DNA of 64,000 nucleotides from Hemiscyllium ocellatum (lineage: Eukaryota): the NCBI RefSeq assembly GCF_020745735.1, contig NC_083410.1, forward strand, positions 4,624,117 to 4,688,116, given 5' to 3'. This document shows, piece after piece, positions 52,619-64,000 of this stretch. The notes beneath the pieces were generated by a model. The model made no database searches and was not told where the DNA came from. It saw only the letters and a list, made by a program, of their open reading frames with translations. The position numbers and the translations under genes are program-made. Numbering within the stretch: the first letter of the stretch is position 1; every line of letters starts with the position of its first letter.

Positions 52619-55600
52619 GTACGTCCTGTTGACATGATACAAACCAATCTCTGATGGACAGGCAGGTATAGGGGGATCATTTTACAGTCTTCATCTTACA
52701 GTTTTAACTGTTGGCTCAACATGTTTTTTTTAAATGACAACAAGAACCTTTTTTACTCAAACTTCACATTGTTTACAATAGATCAAATCAGCAATTGTAA
52801 ACTTCACTTGGTACTCATTAGGAAGATATTTTCTATTGGCTAATCATTGGTGGAACATTTCAACTTATAACTTTGCAGATGAAAATGTCTGGAGCCCAGT
52901 GATCCCCTCCTCATTTGTGGTGATGAGTCCTTTTCTCTGTCGAGGGGACACTCCTCAGTAAGGTATATGGAAGTCTGCGTCTCTCCATACGTGTGTGACA
53001 GAGGGCTTTGGGCTGAAGGTCCCTGAGGAAAGGAGTTAGCTGCTTCAGGGACTCTGGCTGGTTCTCATCCTGTTCAGCAAGGCCCACTCTCAGTATGGGA
53101 GCTCCAAGGCAGCCATTTGACAGATGGCCTTTGACACAAGGGGAGAATGGGTCAGTGATATCCCACTGTCTCCATCTCCTTAATCTGAAGGATGTCTTGT
53201 TGGTGGACCTTGCTCAGGAAAGTTACGCCGTATGGAGCACTCTAATGGAGAGGGAACACAAGTGGATCATTGTGGAGTCCAGAAAGGAGAGGGAGCACAG
53301 ATCACTTCATCCAGCTTGTGGGTTTTCATCAGTCACTAGAGGTGTCAGGGACGGGGAGAGAGGTTTGTGAGGAAAGGAGGCTGGGGGAGATCTGTTGATG
53401 AAAAGGTTCCAGTAACGAAGCTCATTGTTACCTTCAATGCACTGTCAGTGAGACGTGGGAGATGATGCAGAGGGTCAGACAGATGACCAGTTGCCTGTTG
53501 TGTGAAGTCTCACATCCTTCATCAATGCTGTGCTTTCACTCACTCTCATTTTAATTCTCACTCCCGCTCTGACCTCAATCTCAAATGTGGTTTCAATGAA
53601 ATTCAATCAGCTCCAGGGAAGCTATTTCATCATTTGAACTGTGATTTTACAATGCTACAAACTCAAACTTGACCAGAACTAAATACATTTGTCCTCTAAA
53701 CTGAGATGGAATCATTGTTAGGCTTACTTCTGGAAATCCTGATGAAATCCTTGGCTCTGAACAGCAGATGCTTGTCATAGTGATTTTGGCACAACCATTC
53801 CATTATTTCAAATCAACACATGTTCCACTCCTGGTCAAATGCTGTTCCTGTTTGGGACACCTTTCCATAACTTGGCTTGCTCAACTATATGTTATGATCA
53901 CTCTTGCAGACAGTGTTGTCTGATGGATTGACATTTCTTGCTGTAGACAATACCTTGATTTCTTTTACAAGAAAGGAGTTTTTTTGCTTGATCCACTATT
54001 ATTTTGGGAGTGTACCTGCCGTTCTTTGTACCGCACCTGGAACACAGACTATACCATTGACATATCTGATCAGTGTAATCCTGAAACTCTGTCTGCACAG
54101 TAGCATCTTTGACATGCCTTTCAAACCCAATAACTAATGGTCAATCTTGACCTGAAATTTCACCCCCACAATATAATCTGCGAAACGTTCACACCCCTAT
54201 GGGCCTGCCAATGTTCCTGCCTAAATGATCGTGGAACAGTGATCAGTGCGTAACAAAGATGTTGACATAAGATAATCCGGTTTTTATGGTGTCAGTTAGC
54301 ACTTGGAGAAGGAATAACTTTTAATCCTGTGGACGATGCATCCACAGCTACGAAAATGAAAAAGCTCAGATTGGAATGCACTAAAACACCAGGACAGAGT
54401 AGTTTTACATGAATACTTCAAAAGCTGCAGTCTGTACTTACTTCAGTACTAAAGAGACAAACAGTCAGACAGATACAGTCCCTTCACTACAACTTGTCCA
54501 CGCTGACCAGGTATCCAAAACTGAACTACTGTCAGGTGCCTGCGTTTCACCTATGTCCCTTGAAACCTTTCCAATCCAAGTAGCTATCCAAATGCCTTTT
54601 CAAAGTAACTGTACTCACCTCTACTACTTCCTCTGGCTCTCACTGCGTATACGCAGCACCCTCTGCAACAAAACGTTGCTCCTCAGTTCCCAACCTATGC
54701 AGCCTCTCCTTATAATTCAAACCCTCCAGTCTGGCAACATCCTTGTAAATGGTTTCTGCACAACATCCTTCCCATAGCAGAGTCACAAGAATCATATCCG
54801 AACAGTGTTGTACTAGAAAAGCACAGCTGGTCAGGCAACGCCCGATGAGCAAGAGAATCGACGTTCGGGACATAATCCCTTCATCGGAGTGATTTCATCA
54901 TTCCTGATGAAGAGCATATGCAAGAAAGGTCGATTTTCCTGCTCCTCGGATGCTGCCTGATTGGCTGCGCTTTTCCAACATCACACTCTCAACTCTGATC
55001 TCCAGCACCTGCAGTCCTCACTTTTTCCTCCAACAAGAATCAAATGCAGTATTCTAAACAGCATTCCATACATCACAAAAGTCTTGTAGAGCCGCAACAT
55101 GTCATTGCAAGCTCTTTTACAGTTTCAGTAAGACAAGCTGAGTTACAGATTAATTTTCTCACTGATTCACCATGCCTCAAAAGCATTCTATCTTACGGAC
55201 ATTGGTGCTAGAAATTCACTGATAGACCTTGTCTTCCTTTGATACACCATGAATCCTAGTTCTTGGAAAATGCTAGCTTAGAATGTCATCACCTGCCAAT
55301 TCATTATTTCAAGGACTGTGACCAGTGGTGTGCCGCAAAGATGGGTGCTGGGCCCACTGCTTTTCGTCATTTGTGTAAATGATTTGGATGTGAAGAGAGG
55401 AGGTATGGTTCATAAGTTTGAAGATGACACCAAAATAGGAGATGTAGTGGATAGCAAGGAAAGTTACCTCAGAGTAGAACAGGACCTCGATCAGATGGGC
55501 CAATGGGCCCAGGAGTGGCAGATGCAGGTTAATTTAGGGAAATGTGAGATGCTGCATTTTGGAAAGGCAAATCAGGACAGGACTTCGCCACATCATGGGA

Positions 55601-57009
55601 ATGTCTTGGGGGTGTAGCTGAACAAAGAGACCTTGGAATACAGTTTCACAGTCCCTTAAAAGTGGACTCACGTGTAGGTAGGATAGTCAAGAAGGTGTGT
55701 GGTATGCTTGCCTTCATTGGTCAGTGCATTGCGTTTTGGAGTTGGGAGGTCACGTTGTGGCTGTACACGACATTGGTTGGGCCATTTTTGGAATACTGCA
55801 TGCAGAGACAACATTTTCATGCAGAGCATAGTGCATGTATGGAATTGAGCTGCCAGAGGAAGTGGTGGAGGCTGGTACAATTACAACATTTAAAAGGCAG
55901 CTGGATGAGTGTATGAAGAGGAAGTCTTTAGAAGGATATGGGCCAAATGCTGGTAAATGGGACTAGATTTATCTAGACTACCTGGTCGGCATCAACAAGT
56001 TGGACCAAAAGATCTGTTACTGTGCTGTACAGTTCCATCAGGATATGACCCACAGAGTAGGACCTGCATTCCGTTGTGTTTTGACACGTTCCTCAGCCTT
56101 TGGTTATGTTCCCCCTTCACATTGCCACACATGTGGATGTCCTGATAACTCTGTTGTTCTCTTGAATGAGATCCACACAAAATCTCAGTCCTCCATTTGT
56201 CGTTACAACAGTTATTAATGCTGAGAACCACTGTGTCTGCATTTTGATCAGTGTATGACCCCACTATCAATCATGGTGTCCAATGAGGGATTACTTTTCC
56301 CTTCAGAGGGTGAGGAGTTTTCCAGGTAGTTCAAAAGCTGATAGGTTTTGTGTCTTCTGACCGAATAATGTGATACCCCTGCCTTTGTTTATCTAAATCT
56401 TTAACTACCTTTTGAAATGCTTGCTGACATTCTCCGATCTTCATTCTGATGTATCGTACCCACACTCTCTCGGAGACCTGGGCACATATTTACATTTCTA
56501 ATCAGCAATGAGGCAGGCTGATTGTCCAGGAGACATAATGCTTCAGTGCAATGTCACTCACTGTGAGTAATCTTCACTATGATCAGTCCTCACTCCTGAG
56601 GATCTCTGCCTCTTGGTCCTTGGAGATGTTTCTGACTCTCACTGACTTCAACTGAGGCAAGCTGTCAGCCCGGAATTGAAACAGCTGCTCCTGCATCATG
56701 TTTCCATCCTGATCCAAAGCCACGCACCTTCAAGTTAATGGTTCAGACTCTCTTTGACTCACTCCACAGATGCAGTCTTCACCTTTCGTTCTTTATCTTC
56801 AGTTTCTTTGAACTCTCTCCTTGTTGAATGACTTCCATTTCTCTGGACATTCTCCTCTTGCAGGAACTAGGTTTTCGAGTGAAGATGCTGTTTCCATACA
56901 GTATTTTCTCAAGCTGCCAAACTGACCACACACTCAGAGCACTCCATCACACTCTGCTGGACTGTCATTGGACTGTCATTGTGTTTGGCTCGATACAACG
57001 TCTATTCGA

Positions 57010-60000
57010 GATGGTGTGGGCGCAGGTTTTACAGTTCCTGCGGTGGCAGGGGAAGGTGCTGGGATGGGAGGGTGGGTTGTAGGGGGGCATGGACCTGACC
57101 AGGTAGTCACGAAGGGAACAGTCTTTGCGGAAGGCAGACAGGGGTGCGGAGGGAAATATATCCCTGGTGGTAGGGTCTTTTGGAGATGGAGGAAATGTCT
57201 GCGGATGATTTGATTTATGCAAAGGTTGATAGGGTGGAAGATGAGCACCAGGGGCATTCTGTCCTTGTTACGGTTGGAGGAATGGGGTCTGAGGGCGGAG
57301 GTACGGGATGTGGACAAGATGCGTTGGAGGGCATCTTTAACCACGTGGAAAGGGAAATTGCAGTCTCTAAAGAAGGAGGCCATCTGGTGTGTTCTATGGT
57401 GGAACTAGTCTGCTCCTCAAACATTCCAGAAGATTCCCCCAGCCTCGGAAACTGCGCAGATGCCATTAGTCCTGAGGCTGCTGCCACTCCCACATTGATT
57501 GATGATATCATTTCCGCCCCCATCATGGCCACTCCCACAACCACTTTCGCCGCTCACAATTCTTCATGCATCACACGTGACATCACTGCCACCCCTCACA
57601 TCATCGCTGATGCCACATGCTCAGTGAATTCCGCCACCCCTATTGCCGTGGTCACCACCACTTCTGCCCCCACCAGCGCCACTCACCTGCATTCTGCTGA
57701 CACACACCCCACAGACCCCACTGTCACTATCCCCATCCCCCAGAACCCCGAGGGGAACACTACTCCTGCCCATGACTCCACCTCCATTCCCGCCACCAGT
57801 ACACCAACTACAGTTACTGGCTCCGACCCCACTCCCAGCTCCACACCCACACCAGATCCCAGCTCCCAGCCCTGCCAGGTTTTCATCATCCCTCCAGACC
57901 TCCCCCTCACTGAGGACGAACGATCAGTCCTCAGCAAAGGTCTCACCTTCATCCCCCTCCGTCCACGCATCAATGAATTTAATACACACCGTGACGTCGA
58001 ACAATTCTTCCGTCGCCTCCGCCTCCAAGCTTACTTTCACAATTAGAATTCCTGCCCATCTTCCAAGGACCCCTTCACCCACCTCCAACACACTACATCC
58101 ACCTGGACACCCCACGCTGGCCTATTACCTGCCCTCAACCTCTTCATTTCCAACTGCCACCAGGACATTAACCGCCTCAACCTGTCTACCGCCCCTCCCC
58201 CACTCCAACCTCTCACCCTCACAATGCGCAGCCCTCCAATCCCAACCTCACCATCAAGCCAGCGGATAAAGGGGACGTAGTCTGGCGCACTGACCTCTAC
58301 ACCGCTGAAGCCAAACGCCAACTCGAGGACACTTCTTCCTACTGCCCCCTCGACCATGACCCACCCCCCATCACCAAACCATTATCTCCCAGACCATACA
58401 GAATCTCATCACCTCAGGAGATCTCCCACCCACAGCTTCCAACCTCATAGTCCAGGAACCCCGCACTGCCCGGTTCTACCTCCTTCCCAAGATCCACAAG
58501 CCTGGCCACCCTGGCCGACCCATTGTCTCAGCATGCTCCTGCCCCACTGTACTCATCTCTACCTACCTCGACACTGTCCTATCCCCCCTAGTCCAGGAAC
58601 TCCCCACTTACGTTCAAGACACCACCCACACCCTCCTCCTCCTCCAAGACTTCTGTTTCCCCGGTCCCCAATGCCTCATCTTCAATATGGATATCCAATC
58701 CCTCTACACCTCCATCCGCCATGACCAAGGCTTCCAAGCCCTCCGTTTTTTTTCCTCTCCAGACGTCCCCAACAGTACCCTTCCACCGAAACTCTCATTC
58801 GTTTGGCCGAACTGGTCCTCACCCTAAACAATTTCTACTTCGAATCCTCCCACTTCCTCCAGACCAAAGGGATAGCATTGGGCACATATATGGGCCCCAG
58901 CTATGCCTTTTCCTTTGTTGGCTATGTAGAACAGTTGATCTTCCTTAATTACACTGGCACCACTCCCCACCTTTTCCTCCGCTACACTGATGACTGCATT
59001 GGCGCCACCTCGTGCTTCCGCGAGGAGGTTGAGCAATTCATCAACTTCACCAACACATTCCACCCTGACCTTAAATTTACCTGGACCATCTCTGACACCT
59101 CCCTTCCCTTCCTGGACCTCTCCATCTCCATTAATAACGACCGACTTGACACTGACATTTTTTACAAACCCACCGACTCCCACAGCTACCTGGATTACAC
59201 CTCTTCCCACCCTACCTCTTGCAAAAATGCCATCCTGTATTCCCAATTCCTCCAACTCCGCGTATCTGCTCCCAGGAGGACTAGTTCCACTACAGAACAC
59301 ATCAGATGGCCTCCTTCTTTAGAGACCGCAATTTCCCTTCCCACGTGGTTAAAGATGCCCTCCAACACATCTCATCCATATCCTGCACCTTCACCCTCAG
59401 ACCCCACCCCTCCAACCGTAACAAGGACAGAACGCCCCTGGTGCTCACCTTCCACCCTACCAACCTTCGCATAAACCAAATCATCCGCAGACATTTCCTC
59501 CACCTCCAAAAAGACCCCACCACCAGGGGTATATTTACCTCCCCACCCCTTTCCGCCTTCCGCAAAGACCATTCCTTCTGTGACTACCTGGTCAGGTCCA
59601 TGCCTCCCTACAACCCACCCTCCCATCCTGGCACCTTCCCCTGCCACCGCAGGAACTGTAAAACCTGTGCCCACACCTCCTCCCTCAACTCTATCCAAGG
59701 CGCTAAAGGAGCCTTCCACATCCATCAAAGTTTTACCTGCACATCCACTAATATCATTTATTGTATCCGTTGCTCCCGATGCGGTCTCCTCTACATTGGG
59801 GAGACTGGACGCCTCCTAGCAGAGCACTTTAGGGAACATCTCCGGGACACCCACACCAATCAACCACACCGCCCCGTGGCCCAACATTTCAACTCCCCCT
59901 CCCACTCTGCTAAGGGCATGGAGGTCCTGGGCCTCCTTCACCGCCACTCCCTCACCACCAGACGCCTGGAGGAAGAACGCCTCATCTTCCGCCTCGGAAC

Positions 60001-60405
60001 ACTTCAACCCCAGGGCATCAATGTGAACTTCAACAGTTTTCTCATTTCCCCTTCCCCCACCTCACCCTAGTTCCAAACTTCCAGCTCAGCACTGTCCCCA
60101 TGACTTGTCCGGACTTGTCTTACCTGCCTATCTCCTTTTCCACCTATCCACTTCACCCTCTCCTCCCTGACCTATCACCTTCATCCCCTCCCCCACTCAC
60201 CCATTGTACTCTATGCTACTTTCTCCCCACCCCCACCCTCCTCTAGCTTATCTCTCCACATTTCAGGCTCACTGCCTTTATTCCTGAAGGGCTTTTGCCC
60301 GAAACGTCGATTTCGCTGTTCCTTGGATGCTGCCTGAACTGCTGTGCTCTTCCAGCACCATTAATCCAGAATCTGGTTTCCAGCATCTGCAGTCATTGTT
60401 TTTAC
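57010..60405 (+). mobile_element. Near-full-length Penelope-like element (plus arm from about 57420) with a short inverted arm 57010-57410, copy B only
   Basis: LTEDERSVLSKGLTFIP N-terminal motif; RT (QTKGIALGTYMGPSYA, FLRYTDD); GIY-YIG (NIIYCIRCSRCGLLYIGETGR). Replaces 120 bp present in copy A (11743-11862). Confidence 0.88.
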
Positions 60406-60938
60406 CTGACTGATTGTGGAGCCTGATGTCTCTCTGTGCATCAAAGCAAATTATCTGTTCCAACAGGATGTTCTTGAGGTCAAACACCTCTTTCTAAGAG
60501 CTGCTTCATCTTTCTTCAGGCTTCAGGCGTATATTTTGTGGACTGTGGACTAAAAATGGGAGGAGATATTGCTTTAAACAAGGAAACTGTGTGAGAAGTT
60601 GTTTGTAGTTTTAATAAATGTTACTGCAACACATGAAACATTGCCTGAAGCACCGGGCAGAGAATGATCATCTCATCAGCATGTCATAAAGCAAGCAATG
60701 TTTGTGATTCTGATGGGGGCGAGAACTTGGTTGCTCAGAGTTTTTCTTTTTCATCAAATTACAAAGATTCTGGGAATAGTGGGGCTCAATTTTGAGCTCC
60801 CTTCCCCAGTGAGGTACAACACCATCATGGGCCTTCTACGGGGAAGTATAAATGGTGTTGTCTTGTGCATGTCTGTGGAAAGAGTGATCACACAACCACC
60901 AATCACTGGTGGCCACCACTTCCCACCCCTGGCCAAGT

Positions 60939-61360
60939 AGATGCTCCATTTAACAGCTTAAACAGTCTCACTTCAAATTAACTCTGAGTAGTTCATTCTT
61001 GATATTGATCAGCTTTTATGTGAAAAAATTCCTGTCATTTACTTTTTGCCAGCCTGCATCTATGTCTCTCGATCCTATTGTCCTTTGATTAAATTTATTT
61101 GATTTGATTGATTTTTGTCATATGTACCTAAGTACAGTGAAAAGTTCTGTTTTGCGAGCAGTACAGGAAGACCATAACAAGCAAGGGCATACAGATCACA
61201 GGGTGCTTAGATAGAGAGAGGTATACAAGGTTACGACTGCAGAGAAGGTGCACAAAGCAAGATCAATGTTAGAAAATCAACCTTATTTGAAGTTAGACAG
61301 TCCATTCAACAGTCTAACAACAGCAGGTACGAAGCTATTTTTGAACTTGTTGGTGTATGT
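60939..61360 (-). mobile_element. Insertion including a Rex1/Babar-like LINE 3' fragment abutting the TM exon
   Basis: Reverse complement of 61300-61360 reads TYTNKFKNSFVPAVVRLLN. Absent from copy A. Confidence 0.65.
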
Positions 61361-61361
61361 G

Positions 61362-61481
61362 AAATAACTCACCTCTGGAAGACAAAACTTGTTTGGTTTA
61401 TTCTGGGAGCTCTGTTCGGAATTATGGGAGTAATTTTAGTCATTGGATTCACACGTCTGAGAAAAAAGCAGTTTTCCACAT
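61362..61481 (+). CDS. TM exon of gene 2 with destroyed splice acceptor (possibly non-functional)
   Basis: EITHLWKTKLVWFILGALFGIMGVILVIGFTRLRKKQFST with donor gtgagt intact, but preceded by ggtgtatgtg instead of ttccttccacag. Confidence 0.7.
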
Positions 61482-62159
61482 GTGAGTCAATCGTTCACTT
61501 TGTCTTGATTATTGTAGGTGGTCATGTTTGAGCCATTCATGGAATGTTGGCTGTTTCCTTCCCGAATGGACATTATGTACCAGATGGGCATTTACAACAT
61601 TCAAAGACAGTTTCACGGTCACCATCACTGAGAGCAGGATTCAATTCCAGAATTTGTTTTAACAATAAGTTGATCTGAAATTTCACCAAGTGCTCTGTTG
61701 GGTTTGGAAACGATTGCACATTAGATTTATAAGATCCAGGTAAGTCACCATAATCCCAATGGACTGTAGTGCTGTTCCTTCATTAAACAAAAACAACTCA
61801 GGGTGGTCTAACCTGAGGGTCACCTTGCCTCAGACGACAGGTTGAGAAGGACAGTCTGACATCGTGTCCTCAGCTGCTGGTGTCAATGTGCTTCAAAAAC
61901 CAGACGTCCAGCCAGGTGAGCTAACCAACCTCCAGAAATGAGCGCGCGATGGAGAGGATTAGATAATGTTAACAGTAGCAATCAGGTGACAGATTCTGGA
62001 GAATGAAGAAATACTCTATCCCAGACAGAAATGACCTATCTCCAAGTCCATTCAGTGCTACTGTGTAAATATAGAAAACTTTATATTAACCTCCCAGAGT
62101 CCAATGACAGTCACTCTGAGAGTAAGGAAACCAGGCCACAAACTATCCGAACAGACGCC

Positions 62160-62430
62160 AGGGACCTGGGTTCAATTCCCGCCTCAGGCGACTGACTGTG
62201 TGGAGTTTGCACATTCTCCCCGTGTCTGCATGGGTTTCCTCCGGGTGCTCCGGTTTCATCCCACAGTCTAAAGATGTGCGGGTCAGGTGAATTGGCCATT
62301 CTAAATTGCCCGTAGTGTAAGGTAAGGGGTATGTGTAGGGGTATGGATGGGTTGCGCTTCGGCGGGTCGGTGTGGACTTGTTGGGCCGTAGGGCCTGTTT
62401 CTACACTGTAAGTAATCTAATCTAATCTAA
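62160..62430 (+). mobile_element. HE1-like SINE, copy B only
   Basis: gggacctgggttcaattccc B box through (aatct)n tail; absent at about 13215 in copy A. Confidence 0.75.
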
Positions 62431-62628
62431 CTCCCAGAACATTAGCCTGGGCCTCTGGATCCCTGTAGAACAGTAACATTACCGCTCTGTCCCCATCTGC
62501 CCGATTAGAACAGGAACGACCAGAACTAAATGTTCAGCAAGCCAGCAATGGAGAGGTTCTTGGCAGCGGATCAATGTGGTGAAAATGACTGGAACTGATG
62601 GCACAGTGTTTGATCATTGCTTTCACAG

Positions 62629-62693
62629 CACAATCCAGAGCAGTGATTAATCCAAACAAAACCGGCGATTATGAAAATATGAGAACACCGCAG
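62629..62693 (+). CDS. Cytoplasmic exon 1 of gene 2 (DYENM motif)
   Basis: tttcacag / gtgagt, 65 nt; QSRAVINPNKTGDYENMRTPQ. The ITAM exons are expected about 0.6-0.8 kb beyond the window end by colinearity with gene 1. Confidence 0.8.
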
Positions 62694-62709
62694 GTGAGTT
62701 CAGGTGGCC

Positions 62710-62920
62710 CGACAAGTCCACACCGACCCTCCAAAGAGCAACCCACTCCGACACATTCCCTTACATTCACCTCTGACTAATGCACCTAACACGACCAGCA
62801 AGTGAGCATGGCCAATTCACCTGACCTGCACATCTTTGGATTGTGGGATGAAACAGGAGCACCTGGAGGAAACCCACGCAGACACAGTGAGAATGTGCAA
62901 ACTCCACACAGACAGTTGGC
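62710..62920 (-). mobile_element. HE1-like SINE fragment in reverse, copy B only
   Basis: Reverse complement of the 62160-62430 body, inserted just after the cyt1 donor. Confidence 0.7.
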
Positions 62921-64000
62921 CGAGGGGGATTTTGGATTCTGTCGTGGGAAGGCTCAGTCTGATGGGACACATTCTATTCTTGTTTGAGTCTTTTGTCACT
63001 GAGCGTCGGATTTCAGTGTTAGAGTAGGGGGTATGACACAGATCACTTCCCAATTTAAAAACCTGAGTCCCTCACGTGTACCCAAACCCACAGGATGTGG
63101 TGAGGCAATCCACACCCACCGAAACCTCCAAGGGGCCTGACCCGATTGTGAATAACTATAGACCAGAAGGTAAAAGAGTCTGGTTGATACCTTTCTCCAT
63201 TCTCCTCCTGCCTTTTCCCCATAACTCTTGAACCCATTAGTCATTCGTAATCTCTTATATGTCTTTCAGCTTATCTTAAATACACTCAATGACTCAGCCT
63301 CTTCATCGCTTTGTGGTAATGAGTTCCCTAGATTCACCACGCTCTGGATGAAAACATTCCTCCTTATCTCAGTTCAAAAGAGTCGTCCCTTCACCCTGAG
63401 GCTGTGTCCTTGGGTCCTAGTTTCTCCGATTAGGGGAAACAGTTCCTCCACATCCATTCTATCCAGGCCCCTCAATATTCTGTAAGTTTCAATCAGATCC
63501 CCTCCGTCCCTCTCAAGTCCAGCGAGTACAGACCCAGAGTTCTCATCCTCTCCTAAGATGACAAGCCCATCATTCCCCGGGTCACTCTTGTAAAGCTCTT
63601 CTGTACACCATCCAATACCAGCTCATTTCTCGGAAATGGAGCCCAAAATTGCTCACAATATCCCAAATGCAGTCTGACTAAAACATTTTACAGTCTCAGC
63701 ATTATCCCTCTATCTGCTGTTCTGTTCCAGCGTGCTTGAAATAAATATTAACATTGCATTTAGCTTCATAACCACCAACAGAACCTGCATATTAATCTGA
63801 AGATGACTCTCAAATCCTTTTGTGCTTCAGGTTTCCGAACACTTTCACTATTTAGAAAATATTCTATCCTCCCAAGAGCAGATGATGGATGATTTACAGA
63901 AACCATAAGGAACAAGAACAGGAACAGGAGAAGGTCGTTTGGCCCCTCGAACCTGCTCTACCATTTAATAGCATCATGGCTGATCACTGCATCTTAGGTG

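Larger units (their letters stand above)
45340..64000 (+). repeat. Segmental duplication copy B (continues off-window)
   Basis: Same order V1-SINE-V2-TM-cyt1 as copy A, with extra insertions at about 47246-50333, 57010-60405, 60939-61360, 62160-62430 and 62710-62920. Confidence 0.9.

Noticed and set aside
57180-58046. 288-aa Thr/Pro-rich ORF as a mucin-like stalk for the receptor
   Set aside because: It spans the inversion junction of the Penelope-like element and ends in the element's N-terminal motif; absent from copy A.

Overview
Eukaryotic, repeat-rich genomic DNA, most likely from a cartilaginous fish (inferred from HE1-like tRNA-derived SINEs and CR1/Penelope repeats). The core is a tandemly duplicated immunoglobulin-superfamily receptor locus on the + strand. 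Six antigen-receptor-like V exons each carry a germline-fused J-like G strand and no RSS: two are intact (4645-4992, 46701-47048) and four are disabled. Splicing by hand at canonical AG/GT sites gives gene 1 as V - TM - four small cytoplasmic exons (4645-16085). Its tail holds a YxN motif and a canonical ITAM (YTTL-x7-YSDL) split across two micro-exons that the ORF track does not show. Gene 2 has one leader exon (20474-20525), four V exons, a TM exon whose splice acceptor was destroyed by a LINE fragment, and a YENM-bearing cytoplasmic exon; it runs off the window end. The rest is mostly mobile DNA: CR1 LINEs, a Tx1/L1-like LINE inside a V exon, four Penelope-like insertions with inverted arms, a Gmr1-type gypsy element (INT before RT), SINEs, a 32-bp minisatellite and low-complexity tracts. 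Exon calls are manual and lack transcript support; repeat boundaries are approximate.
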